Of a DNA stretch of 35,690 bases, positions 9,980 to 17,820 are shown one piece after another. The stretch lies in the IMG/VR virus record IMGVR_UViG_3300045988_012275; one strand, given 5' to 3'. The position numbers were made by a program, and so were the translations under genes. Each line of letters starts with the position of its first letter. The stretch's first letter is position 1. The notes beneath the pieces are model-generated. The model searched no databases. It was not told where the DNA came from and worked only from the letters and a program-made list of their open reading frames with translations. Source of the stretch: a virus.

Positions 9980-10330
9980 TCACCCGACTTTCTTTCTCTT
10001 TCTCAAAGTCAGAAAATCGTAGTGGTTAAAACCAAAGTTTTCGTCTGGACTGATACGAACGATATCATATTGTGTGCCATTTAAAGTGACAACTTGACCT
10101 TCTAATACTTTAGCGTTATGTCTTATAACAATCACTCGTGTATCATTTTCACCATTTTCGATAGCTAGATACTCTTGATTGAGCGTTCTAGTGTGTGGCT
10201 TGTAGTGTAGCGTAAATTGTTTAACAAATTTTGGAACACTTAATCCAGTGAATTTGTTGGGTGTGCTTTGATATGTACCAAAGTCAGCTTTAAAACGAAA
10301 ATCTGAGGGTAAATATCTAACTCTAGCCAT
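9980..10330 (-). CDS. Head closure / head-tail adaptor protein
   Basis: The 116-aa ORF is coupled to the upstream gene by an ATGA-type overlap at 10330. It is the second gene after the capsid protein. Confidence 0.6.
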   Translation of the reverse strand: MARVRYLPSDFRFKADFGTYQSTPNKFTGLSVPKFVKQFTLHYKPHTRTLNQEYLAIENGENDTRVIVIRHNAKVLEGQVVTLNGTQYDIVRISPDENFGFNHYDFLTLRKRKKVG

Positions 10331-10644
10331 TAGTCACCTCTTTCCTCGCTATAAGTTGCGTACAGCCCCCTTAATTGCCCGATTATGCTGTTTAGCGTTA
10401 GATTAACAGGATATGTTGCCGTATCTGTCAATGCCACTCTATACGTGAAATATGAGCTTGTTAGGGCTATTACAGCCGTATCAAACAAAGCTCTCACACT
10501 GTCGAGGTCGTAGAATTTTGGATCATCCCCGACTGAATTAACGACGTACTGTCGAGCTGATTCAATGTAAGCTGGGATGAGTGCAGTGTCGTCTGTCTCA
10601 TCCAGATTCAGAGTCTGCATGATAGTTTCTTTAGATACACTCAT
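10330..10644 (-). CDS. Head-tail connector protein (gp6-like)
   Basis: The 104-aa ORF lies immediately downstream of the major capsid protein. Its N-terminus (LNLDETDDTALIPAYIESARQYV) is typical of gp6-like connectors. Confidence 0.65.
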   Translation of the reverse strand: MSVSKETIMQTLNLDETDDTALIPAYIESARQYVVNSVGDDPKFYDLDSVRALFDTAVIALTSSYFTYRVALTDTATYPVNLTLNSIIGQLRGLYATYSEERGD

Positions 10645-10658
10645 AGCTTACCTCCTAA

Positions 10659-11852
10659 TTATACTGCTGTTGAACCAAGGTTACCTTTTTGGTCAGCAAT
10701 AGCTTTAAATGAAGCTGGTACAAACGCTTCTGTATCAGTTGCTACAACATCAAAACGGTCAATCACACGAATTTTAGTAGTGTCGGTTTCAAACGCACCA
10801 CCACCGATATTGGTAGATAGCAATGACATTTGTTGACGGTCAAACAAAGTAACGGCTTGTTTCAAATCACCAAAGTAGAGTGGCATTGCCCCGCCAGTGC
10901 CATTAGCAAGCCAACGGTCAGAAACTTCTTTAACAGCGAAACCGTCAATTGAGTACCCTGTTGGTGATTTTACGTCACGTTCCATTAGGTAGTCACCCAA
11001 AGCATTTTTGACTTTTTTAAGTGCAGTAAATCCAGACGTATTAGTCAAGAAGACTGAAGTTTGTTTAATCGCTGGGTCAACTTTAGCTTCAAGGTCAATG
11101 ATGTCATCCCATTTAGTCAATGTTGGTTTGGTTGGAAGTGTACCAATAGCTTCCAAGATAGCTTTGTTACGTGTAACAACAACTTTCTTAGCAATCCATC
11201 CAGACAACCATGCAAGGATATTTTCAGCAGAATCAGCAAGCAAGCTGTTTGTTACTGTAGAGATACCAGCGTAGCGTTTGATAGCATAGCGGATAAGAGA
11301 AAGTTTTGGATCGTCGTTTTGACCAATTTGACCACCCTCGTCATCGAGTTTAGCAAGGCCAGTGATTTCAGCCCATTTCTCGTAAACACGAGAACCAGTA
11401 AGAGTAGTTACGTTTTCGACATTAACATACTCTTGCAATGAATCGTATTGACGGACCAATGTATTGATAGCTGTGCGGATATCTTGAGGGATAGTCAAGC
11501 CAGCATCTGAACCAGAAGCGTCTGTTTTAGAGTCAAGCAAGTTTTGGTAGCGACCACGAACAAGGTTTTTAAAGTCTTTAACAAAACCAGCTTTAACTTC
11601 CTCTTCATTCTGAGTCAAAGGTTTTTTCTCTTCTTCAGACATGTTTGCTACTTCATTAGCACGAGCTTCAGTGTACTGTTCTTTGAATAAGTCACGTTTC
11701 ATTTTAGCAGTGTCTCGTTCGTTTTTGATTGCTTGCAATTCTTCAGCAGTAACTGAATCGTCAAGCATAGCTACGTTAAGTTTTTCATTCAAGTTCTCGA
11801 CCTTGTCGCCTTGAGCAATCCAAAGGTCATGCAATTCGTTTGATGTTTTCAT
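10659..11852 (-). CDS. Major capsid protein, HK97 family
   Basis: The 397-aa ORF follows a ClpP-like protease. It has an N-terminal coiled-coil delta-domain-like segment (first ~100 aa, K/E rich). The size matches my recollection of the Sfi21-type capsid protein. Confidence 0.85.
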   Translation of the reverse strand: MKTSNELHDLWIAQGDKVENLNEKLNVAMLDDSVTAEELQAIKNERDTAKMKRDLFKEQYTEARANEVANMSEEEKKPLTQNEEEVKAGFVKDFKNLVRGRYQNLLDSKTDASGSDAGLTIPQDIRTAINTLVRQYDSLQEYVNVENVTTLTGSRVYEKWAEITGLAKLDDEGGQIGQNDDPKLSLIRYAIKRYAGISTVTNSLLADSAENILAWLSGWIAKKVVVTRNKAILEAIGTLPTKPTLTKWDDIIDLEAKVDPAIKQTSVFLTNTSGFTALKKVKNALGDYLMERDVKSPTGYSIDGFAVKEVSDRWLANGTGGAMPLYFGDLKQAVTLFDRQQMSLLSTNIGGGAFETDTTKIRVIDRFDVVATDTEAFVPASFKAIADQKGNLGSTAV

Positions 11853-11866
11853 TAATTATTTTCCTT

Positions 11867-12535
11867 TCATTTTTCAAGTAAAATTGCCAATTTCTGCTCG
11901 CGCAAAGAATTGGTTTTAGGTTTAGCAATCATATTTTTAAACTTATTGATTGCTGATTTGCTTGGTAGTTGATGTGTAGCGTTAGTAACCATGATTTGTT
12001 CTTCATCATCGTTGAAAAACATGATTTCATCCGCAAAGCCTTTATCAACAGCAGTTTTAGCGTTAAGCCATGTCTCTTTAGCCATGAGATCAAGTAATTC
12101 TGGTTGTTTGAGACCAGTTTTCATCTCGTAAGCCAACGCAATAGACTCGTCAATGCTATTCAATACTACTGATTGATGCTCTAGGTCGTCGCTATTACCG
12201 ACGATGCCAGTAGACGCTTTATGAATCATAATGTGTGCCGTTGGACTAATGCGAACGGTATTGCCTGCCATTGATATGACGGAAGCAGCAGACGCTGCTA
12301 AGCCTTGTATATTAACTACAATACGCTTGCCACTGTCTCGAAGCATAGTATAGATTTCACTAGCTGCGAACACATCACCGCCGTTTGAAGCAATATTAAG
12401 CGTAATTTCTTCGTCTTCATCGTTAGCAATGGCATCTTGTACCAGTTTTGGATAGGTACTAGACATACCAAAGTATTCGTAAAAAGCACCAGCATCATCA
12501 CTTACAATATCGCCTTTAATGTCAATCTTCCCCAT
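11867..12535 (-). CDS. Prohead protease, ClpP-like (S14)
   Basis: The 222-aa ORF carries Ser/His motif regions (GLAASAASVISMAG ... AHIMIHKAS). It lies between the portal and capsid genes. Confidence 0.85.
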   Translation of the reverse strand: MGKIDIKGDIVSDDAGAFYEYFGMSSTYPKLVQDAIANDEDEEITLNIASNGGDVFAASEIYTMLRDSGKRIVVNIQGLAASAASVISMAGNTVRISPTAHIMIHKASTGIVGNSDDLEHQSVVLNSIDESIALAYEMKTGLKQPELLDLMAKETWLNAKTAVDKGFADEIMFFNDDEEQIMVTNATHQLPSKSAINKFKNMIAKPKTNSLREQKLAILLEK

Positions 12536-13682
12536 TTATCTCACCTCCTTTCAATGTGGCACCATTAGGGTTTTCCCCTTCTGGCAAGTCTTTAGGTAAA
12601 ATTTCAGCTTGTTGCAAAATATACAAGCCTTGATTTTGTGCGAGTGTGCCACTTTTAACCATGCTATTGATACGACTGACACTATTAGAGCCAGTAGGGT
12701 CAACAGCCGGCAAAATATCCGCATCCACATCGCAGGATAGTTTTTGAGATAATTCACTAAGAAACGGTCTTAGATAGCGTGAGACTGCTTTATTATAAAG
12801 ATCTAAACTCATTTCTAGCGATGATTGTTGGTCTCCTTGACCTCCAACGACATTCTCGGGAATACCGTATACCTTGGCAAATTGACCAGTCGTCCAGTCA
12901 GCTTGCTTAAGTAGTTGAGACACGTTCGACTTGATTTCAAGAGGTGTGAAGTCCTCTAAATCGTCCAGCACTAATGGACCGCCCTGCATTTGCTTCACAG
13001 CCTGTCGTGAGCGCGAGAGTTTTGTTTTGAAATCAAGCAAGCCACCACCCTTAATTTTTAAGATGCCGTTAGCATTTAAGGCGTTCTTAAGAGAGTTAAT
13101 CGTTAGATTATCGCTAGCTTTTTGAATATCCAGTTCCCTACCAAGAGCCATCAACGGGCTTACACTTGTCAAACCACCGTCCACAGATAGCAATTTAAAG
13201 TGTAAGACGTCACCTTGTGGGACGTGTTGTTTTGGTGGTATCCGTGGGTCATCAAAAGTGATGTTATAGTAAATACCATCTTTATTATCCAATCGATTAA
13301 ATGAGACTTGAGACGGTCTCAAATATTCCCACTTCATATCCCGTCCGTTTTCATTTCGCCATCGATAAGCGAATGCTTCTCCACCTAAAAGCATTTGAGC
13401 GAAGATTGACTGATAGAAGTTAAATCGATTGGCATTATTTGATGGGTTATCCACTATGCCTTGTAGCTGTTTACGGCTAGTTGTTAGCTTAGCAGTAGCA
13501 AGGTCGTTAGATAATTGATTGATAATAGAGAATAAGTCTGAGTTCCTGAGAGCAGTTTCAGCTGAAACCCACTCGCTACCATTCAAGGTAGCTAAAAACT
13601 CTGGATCAGTAATATCAAAAAAGCCACCTTGACTGCTTGGTGGGCTCTCTGTTGCAAGATTAGTTATATTAAATATTGGCAA
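12522..13682 (-). CDS. Portal protein, HK97 family
   Basis: The 386-aa ORF lies downstream of the terminase and upstream of the protease, overlapping the protease start. Confidence 0.85.
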   Translation of the reverse strand: MPIFNITNLATESPPSSQGGFFDITDPEFLATLNGSEWVSAETALRNSDLFSIINQLSNDLATAKLTTSRKQLQGIVDNPSNNANRFNFYQSIFAQMLLGGEAFAYRWRNENGRDMKWEYLRPSQVSFNRLDNKDGIYYNITFDDPRIPPKQHVPQGDVLHFKLLSVDGGLTSVSPLMALGRELDIQKASDNLTINSLKNALNANGILKIKGGGLLDFKTKLSRSRQAVKQMQGGPLVLDDLEDFTPLEIKSNVSQLLKQADWTTGQFAKVYGIPENVVGGQGDQQSSLEMSLDLYNKAVSRYLRPFLSELSQKLSCDVDADILPAVDPTGSNSVSRINSMVKSGTLAQNQGLYILQQAEILPKDLPEGENPNGATLKGGEINGED

Positions 13683-13699
13683 TTGTTATCACCTCCTTT

Positions 13700-13879
13700 C
13701 TAGCTATTTTTCGAAGCTAGCTCACTTACTAATCCAGCAAGTACGAATGTAGCGGTCATACTAATGCCAAACCATACATAGCCAAGGTGGTAAGTGGTTA
13801 TATTGAGTGAAATTGCAGCTAAAATGAACATTAAAATGTCGAAAATAGCCCAAATTGCCTTAAAAAACTTTAAAATCAT
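13700..13879 (-). CDS. Small membrane protein (59 aa)
   Basis: It falls below the ORF-track cutoff. The ATG is at 13879, with GAGGAG 10 nt upstream. My translation is MILKFFKAIWAIFDILMFILAAISLNITTYHLGYVWFGISMTATFVLAGLVSELASKNS, which contains two hydrophobic helices. A 59-codon ORF in the same slot is recalled for Sfi21-type phages. Confidence 0.6.
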   Translation of the reverse strand: MILKFFKAIWAIFDILMFILAAISLNITTYHLGYVWFGISMTATFVLAGLVSELASKNS

Positions 13880-13882
13880 GTA

Positions 13883-15070
13883 TTAATACTCCTCTAATAG
13901 CCCACTTTCTGGGTTTTTTAGCCATTCTAAAACTGCTTCCTGACTCATGTGCTCAACCTTCCACGTTGGATTATTTGTTATTGCATAGTCTTCGAACGCA
14001 TACATAGCGTCATAGAAAGCATCTATAAGGGCATCCACAACGTCAATCTTGTATGTAGATTTCATTTTATCTACTTGGATACCGATGTTATCTTCTTTGA
14101 TTACAGCATTTATCAAGGCTTTTCGCATGATTTCATCATCACGACGTGTGATATTTCCTTCAATAAATAGTGTTTGAAGGAATTTTGTAGGGTCTTTCAG
14201 CTCGCTTGTTCGTTGTCTAATCGGCATTAATGGGAAGCTAGTGTTAGATTCCAATGCTTTGATAATCTTTGAAACTCCCATAGCGTCATATCCGAAAAAG
14301 ACAACGTCAAGCTGATTATCTTCCACGTACTCACAGAACCAACGATACACTTCCTCTGGGTTAATAAGTCCTTGTGGATGGCTTGTAATCGTACAGTAGC
14401 CTTTCTGTTCCAAGTCTCGATAATTAACACCATCCTGTTCCATCTTGGCTTCTAACGAGCCAGCTTGTTGCCACGGTATGAAACTGTGCTGTTCTATGTG
14501 CCATTTCTGATTGCCGTCCTCGGAAACGTACGGATAGACGAAACCAATGGCTGTATTATCGCTAAACATTGAAGCATCCAATCCGACATATACACGCTTT
14601 CCCTTGATATCAAATTCATCAATGACTGCATTTTCGATATCACTTAAATCAAGAAAGCTGTTGCTGTCAGCAAGCAGCCAGCAGTTCATGTTTTTGACTT
14701 GGAAGTCGGCGAGGTTACCGCTTAATAGGTCGCTATCCCTTTTATCCATCAACCCTTTCATAAGGTTGTCACGCTCTTGTTCCAAGTCTAAAAGCGGATT
14801 GCTTTTCACCCACGTTTCTGGTTGAAAGACCTCGTCTAAGTTGTCTTGTGACCATACCAAGCAAAGGTATGTATCAGCATCTCTATTGTCGTCATCTTCC
14901 ATGGCTTGTTGCATGATTTTTTGGTCTTCCCTAAATGGTACAGACGGATTCGGGTAGGCAGTGGAAATTTGGATGAATTGTCTGTTTGGAACTTTTACTT
15001 GCCCAGAAACAATCTTAGAAACCGCATCCCTTGTTTCAATTTCTCCAATTTCATCAAAAATAGCGGTTGT
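13883..15070 (-). CDS. terL: Large terminase, C-terminal segment (Walker B plus nuclease); the frame is open from 15070 but the first ATG is at 14914
   Basis: The frame reads TTAIFDEIGEIETRDAVSKIVSGQVKVPNRQFIQISTAYPNPSVPFREDQKIMQQAMEDDD... The Walker-B-like IFDE lies upstream of the first ATG, so the track ORF (343 aa) is truncated. A TGA at 15073-15071 closes this frame upstream. Confidence 0.85.
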   Translation of the reverse strand, partial: TTAIFDEIGEIETRDAVSKIVSGQVKVPNRQFIQISTAYPNPSVPFREDQKIMQQAMEDDDNRDADTYLCLVWSQDNLDEVFQPETWVKSNPLLDLEQERDNLMKGLMDKRDSDLLSGNLADFQVKNMNCWLLADSNSFLDLSDIENAVIDEFDIKGKRVYVGLDASMFSDNTAIGFVYPYVSEDGNQKWHIEQHSFIPWQQAGSLEAKMEQDGVNYRDLEQKGYCTITSHPQGLINPEEVYRWFCEYVEDNQLDVVFFGYDAMGVSKIIKALESNTSFPLMPIRQRTSELKDPTKFLQTLFIEGNITRRDDEIMRKALINAVIKEDNIGIQVDKMKSTYKIDVVDALIDAFYDAMYAFEDYAITNNPTWKVEHMSQEAVLEWLKNPESGLLEEY

Positions 15071-15074
15071 TCAT

Positions 15075-15764
15075 TCAAGTAAAATGAAAACTATCATATT
15101 GCCCACTCACAGCAGATATAGCTCTTAAAACGTTGTTGCTTGCTTTCATTATTACTTGGTCACTATGCAGACCCAATTCAGTCTCAACTGCCAAGCTTTT
15201 GAAAGGTTCATTCTGAATTATCTGCTTCATCATGGATTTGATGTAGCCAAGTAATTTATTTGTTTGTTTAAAGTTAATTGAAGTAACGAGGTAGTCTTGG
15301 TTTGACAAACCCAAACTTTCAATGAAGTATGAATACGCCGTAAGAATAGCCATCAGATACGTTTTACCTTGCCCACGTCCGACCGAAACAATGGCACGAC
15401 TAAATCGTTTACCACCGTTTGCGTTTCTCCATCCGAAAAGCATACATAGGATGAATTTTTGCCAAGGCATCAGTTGTGTAGGCTCACCAGTGTCGACGTT
15501 CGGACATATCCTAGCGAAACGCAATAATTTGTCCGCTTCAGTCGTTTCATAGGTATATGGAAAGTCGTCGTTACCTTGCCTTTGTAGGTCTCGTAAGTGC
15601 CTGAAACATGCCAATTTAATCATGTATCCAGCCATGATTCGACCTTCCAAGACATCAAAGCAATATTTTGTGCCGTCGTCTTGATATTTTTTGGCGATGT
15701 CAGTGAAGTCAAATTCCTTATACGCCGAATCTATATCATGAGTTTTTATCAGATTTGTTTTCAT
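15075..15764 (-). CDS. terL: Large terminase, N-terminal ATPase segment (229 aa), ending at a premature TGA
   Basis: The Walker A motif is VGRGQGKT. The segment ends ...SGQYDSFHFT* where Terminase_1-family proteins continue directly into the Walker B motif. Confidence 0.85.
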   Translation of the reverse strand: MKTNLIKTHDIDSAYKEFDFTDIAKKYQDDGTKYCFDVLEGRIMAGYMIKLACFRHLRDLQRQGNDDFPYTYETTEADKLLRFARICPNVDTGEPTQLMPWQKFILCMLFGWRNANGGKRFSRAIVSVGRGQGKTYLMAILTAYSYFIESLGLSNQDYLVTSINFKQTNKLLGYIKSMMKQIIQNEPFKSLAVETELGLHSDQVIMKASNNVLRAISAVSGQYDSFHFT

Positions 15765-15806
15765 TTACTATTAATCACCCCCTTTCAATAAAGACTAGAC
15801 GTCTTT

Positions 15807-16268
15807 TTAATTACCCAAAAATTCTTTCATCATATCACCTAGAGACTGATTTTCCGATTGAGTACCTGCAATTTCAGCCAATTCCGCACGTCCTTTAGGA
15901 GTCAGTCCAAGTTGGATACCTATCTTATTAAGAGTATCAGTTGCATCTTTCATCACCACAACTGCTGGATTCTTTTTGAAACCTAAGAACTGCTCACCGA
16001 GAATTTCACCAGAGCCTTGCGCTTGAATTGGCTTCTTCATTTCCTGTTGAATCCCATTTTCTTTAATGTCTTCATAAGCAAGCTTGTAAATTTCATAATT
16101 CGTACAGTAGGTTTCAACCAAGAACGTATCGATACGTTCTACCTTGTTTGTATTCTCTAAAAACGGAATGATTTTGCGCCAAATCTCCCTCGCTACTGTT
16201 CCTAAGTAGTTTGGTGGGTCGCTTGGTAACCGCCCATTGTTCTGCTGATAATACGGATTCTTAACCAC
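15807..16268 (-). CDS. terS: Small terminase subunit (P27-like family)
   Basis: The 153-aa ORF has a GTG start at 16268 and lies immediately upstream of terL. The motif VAREIWRKIIPFLENTNKVERIDTFLVETYC is typical of P27-family TerS. Confidence 0.8.
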   Translation of the reverse strand: MVKNPYYQQNNGRLPSDPPNYLGTVAREIWRKIIPFLENTNKVERIDTFLVETYCTNYEIYKLAYEDIKENGIQQEMKKPIQAQGSGEILGEQFLGFKKNPAVVVMKDATDTLNKIGIQLGLTPKGRAELAEIAGTQSENQSLGDMMKEFLGN

Positions 16269-16449
16269 TCATCATTACTCCTTTCAAGTTGAATCATGAC
16301 ACCCCTTAAAATTCTAGAAAATTGGTGCGTGACGTGAGAAAATACCTTGTCGTGGCTCTCCTAAGCTCGATATAGGGGGCGGGGGTCAATTTTATACCCC
16401 ACATAGGGTAAACATACCACCCCTTATTTAAAATCGCGCTACGGGCGTT
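16269..16449. other. Candidate cos-site region
   Basis: This 181-bp noncoding gap lies between the HNH and terS genes. It contains an unusually G/C-rich core, gggggcggggg (16375-16385), in an AT-rich genome. The HNH + TerS/TerL + HK97 head arrangement is characteristic of cos packaging. Confidence 0.5.
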
Positions 16450-16965
16450 TTAGAGGGGTTTAACGACGTCCGCCTTTTTACGGGCTATTAAACCCGCCCA
16501 CGCTGCCACTGAAAGTCGTAGGTCAGTGTTCTGTTTCGTTCTGTTTTGACCAGTACCATAGATTTCTTGTTCTAAAGTCCTCTTCGTGTTGTCACAACTT
16601 CTACAAGTCGCAACGATGTTAGATACGTCAGTTTTAAGTTCTGGTGCTATCTCAACAGGTGTGACGTGGTCACCTATACGTGCGTCTGGTGTGGTCACAC
16701 CCAATGCTAGACAGTACTGACACAGATAGTTGTCACGTTCCAAAGCTACCTTCCGAATAGAAGACCAAACCCTTGAACGATAGAACGCATAGCGCTCTTT
16801 AGTCTCATCGTCTCGGTTCCTCACTCGTGTGTTGTATCTCGTGCGTGAGTATCTCTGTCTCTCTTGTGCTTCCATGTCTTTATGTGCAGTACAGTAGTGT
16901 GCTGGTCTCTCTACTAAAGTGCGGCAGCCGTCTGCCTTGCATCGTCTGACCATTGGCATTGGCAT
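16450..16965 (-). CDS. HNH endonuclease (packaging-associated)
   Basis: The 171-aa ORF has Cys-rich motifs (CKADGC, CTAHKD, CQYC ... GDHVTPVE ... CRSCDNTKR). It is adjacent to the terminase genes. The spacing from AGGAGG favours the second ATG at 16959 as the start. Confidence 0.85.
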   Translation of the reverse strand: MPMPMVRRCKADGCRTLVERPAHYCTAHKDMEAQERQRYSRTRYNTRVRNRDDETKERYAFYRSRVWSSIRKVALERDNYLCQYCLALGVTTPDARIGDHVTPVEIAPELKTDVSNIVATCRSCDNTKRTLEQEIYGTGQNRTKQNTDLRLSVAAWAGLIARKKADVVKPL

Positions 16966-16976
16966 GCCTCCTTTAG

Positions 16977-17009
16977 ATAAAATAAAAGAAGAACACTGAT
17001 GTGTCCTTC
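16977..17009 (-). terminator. Intrinsic terminator-like hairpin between the late regulator and the HNH gene
   Basis: The minus strand reads GAAGGACAC-ATCA-GTGTTCTTC, a 9-bp stem including one G-U pair. It is followed by TTTTATTTTAT and ends 11 nt before the AGGAGG of the HNH gene. Confidence 0.6.
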
Positions 17010-17024
17010 TGATTCGATAATACT

Positions 17025-17033
17025 ATATTACCA
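17025..17033 (-). promoter_or_regulatory. Extended -10 promoter element (TGGTAATAT)
   Basis: The minus strand reads cgTGgTAATATag. It lies about 15 nt upstream of the terminator hairpin at 17009. Confidence 0.4.
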
Positions 17034-17058
17034 CGCCTAAAGTATTATGCCGTATTAA

Positions 17059-17457
17059 TTAATCTAGATGTCTCTCAGCTTGTCTTAGTTTAACGTAGTA
17101 CGTAGCTCTACTAAAGTCTAAGCGATCACATATCTGCCAGATTCCAAGTTGGTCTATATATACCATTTGAAGTAGCATTCTAGCTTCTATATCTTTAACG
17201 CTAGCTATTTGCTTACGAAACTCTCGACGTTCTTTGATTGCTTCCGCAACGAATTGTTTCAGCTCTTCTTTTTCCGTGATCAATTCAATATACAGGTCGT
17301 CTTTAGCTCTTTTATTCCCACCTTGAACCATGTCTATCTGCATAGACCCAGACGTAACTTTCAGCGCTTGCGATTCGAGTCGCTCAATTTTCTCTATCTG
17401 ACTCTCAATATATCTATCAAGTGCCTTGATTTTTTGAAGCCGTTCAACTGTTCTCAT
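17059..17457 (-). CDS. Late transcription regulator candidate (sigma-70 region-4-like HTH; ArpU/RinA/DUF1492-like)
   Basis: The 132-aa ORF has an N-terminal coiled coil and a C-terminal HTH-like segment (ARMLLQMVYIDQLGIWQICDRLDFSRATYYVKLRQAERHL). It sits just upstream of the packaging genes, where such activators are usually found. Confidence 0.6.
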   Translation of the reverse strand: MRTVERLQKIKALDRYIESQIEKIERLESQALKVTSGSMQIDMVQGGNKRAKDDLYIELITEKEELKQFVAEAIKERREFRKQIASVKDIEARMLLQMVYIDQLGIWQICDRLDFSRATYYVKLRQAERHLD

Positions 17458-17561
17458 AAATTGCCTTTCCTTTTTATGGTATAATAATATTGTTAAATAG
17501 TTCTCGGCAAGCTTTGCCTTGGGCTTTTTTTTTATTTACCACCCCCTTTATTTTAAATTCC

Positions 17562-17587
17562 AGTCTTGCTACCAGCAATGCAAGACT
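17562..17587 (-). ncRNA. Hairpin 4A: 8-bp stem with a conserved GCUGGUA-containing loop
   Basis: The minus strand reads AGTCTTGC-ATTGCTGGTA-GCAAGACT. Its paralog at 17784-17805 has the same loop core and a different stem. Confidence 0.45.
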
Positions 17588-17633
17588 AGATCAAAAAAGT
17601 ATGTATTGGATCCTCATTTCTATAAAATATTTA

Positions 17634-17737
17634 CTGGGTTTGTGTATCGGTCTGTCAGCGATACGAGTGTCGAAAAAATTACCTAGTCACGACAGACTAA
17701 CAGCGAGCGAGGGATTCGAACCCTCGAGCGCTACAAG
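17634..17737 (-). ncRNA. Structured element, copy A: tRNA T-arm/acceptor-like minihelix plus two hairpins
   Basis: The minus strand begins with GCGCTCGAGGG-TTCGAAT-CCCTCGCTCGC (17731-17703). This has a canonical T-loop UUCGAAU closed by a G-C pair. It is followed by hairpin TGTCG/CGACA (17694-17668) and hairpin GTATCG/CGATAC (17664-17644). Confidence 0.5.
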
Positions 17738-17783
17738 AATAAAGATGTTGAATAGAAAGTTTACGCTGTTATCACCTCCCTTA

Positions 17784-17805
17784 CAAAGCTACCAGCCTCG
17801 CTTTG
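17784..17805 (-). ncRNA. Hairpin 4B: 6-bp stem with a conserved GCUGGUA-containing loop
   Basis: The minus strand reads CAAAGC-GAGGCTGGTA-GCTTTG. It is followed by TAAGGGAGGTGATAA, which resembles the AAAGGGGGTGGTAAATAA found after hairpin 4A. Confidence 0.45.
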
Positions 17806-17820
17806 GTTTTTTAAAAATGG

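Noticed and set aside
13883-15764. A simple +1 or -1 programmed frameshift joining the two terminase ORFs
   Set aside because: The stop codon of the upstream frame (15077-15075) lies 5' of the stop that closes the downstream frame (15073-15071). There is therefore no overlap window in which a single-nucleotide slip could work.
17506-17533. Plus-strand intrinsic terminators (GGCAA-gct-TTGCC followed by a T9 run here, and 25985-26011)
   Set aside because: No plus-strand genes exist for them to terminate. The first has a weak 5-bp stem separated from the T-run by 6 nt. They may block antisense transcription or be sense-strand structures, so I mention them only in context.
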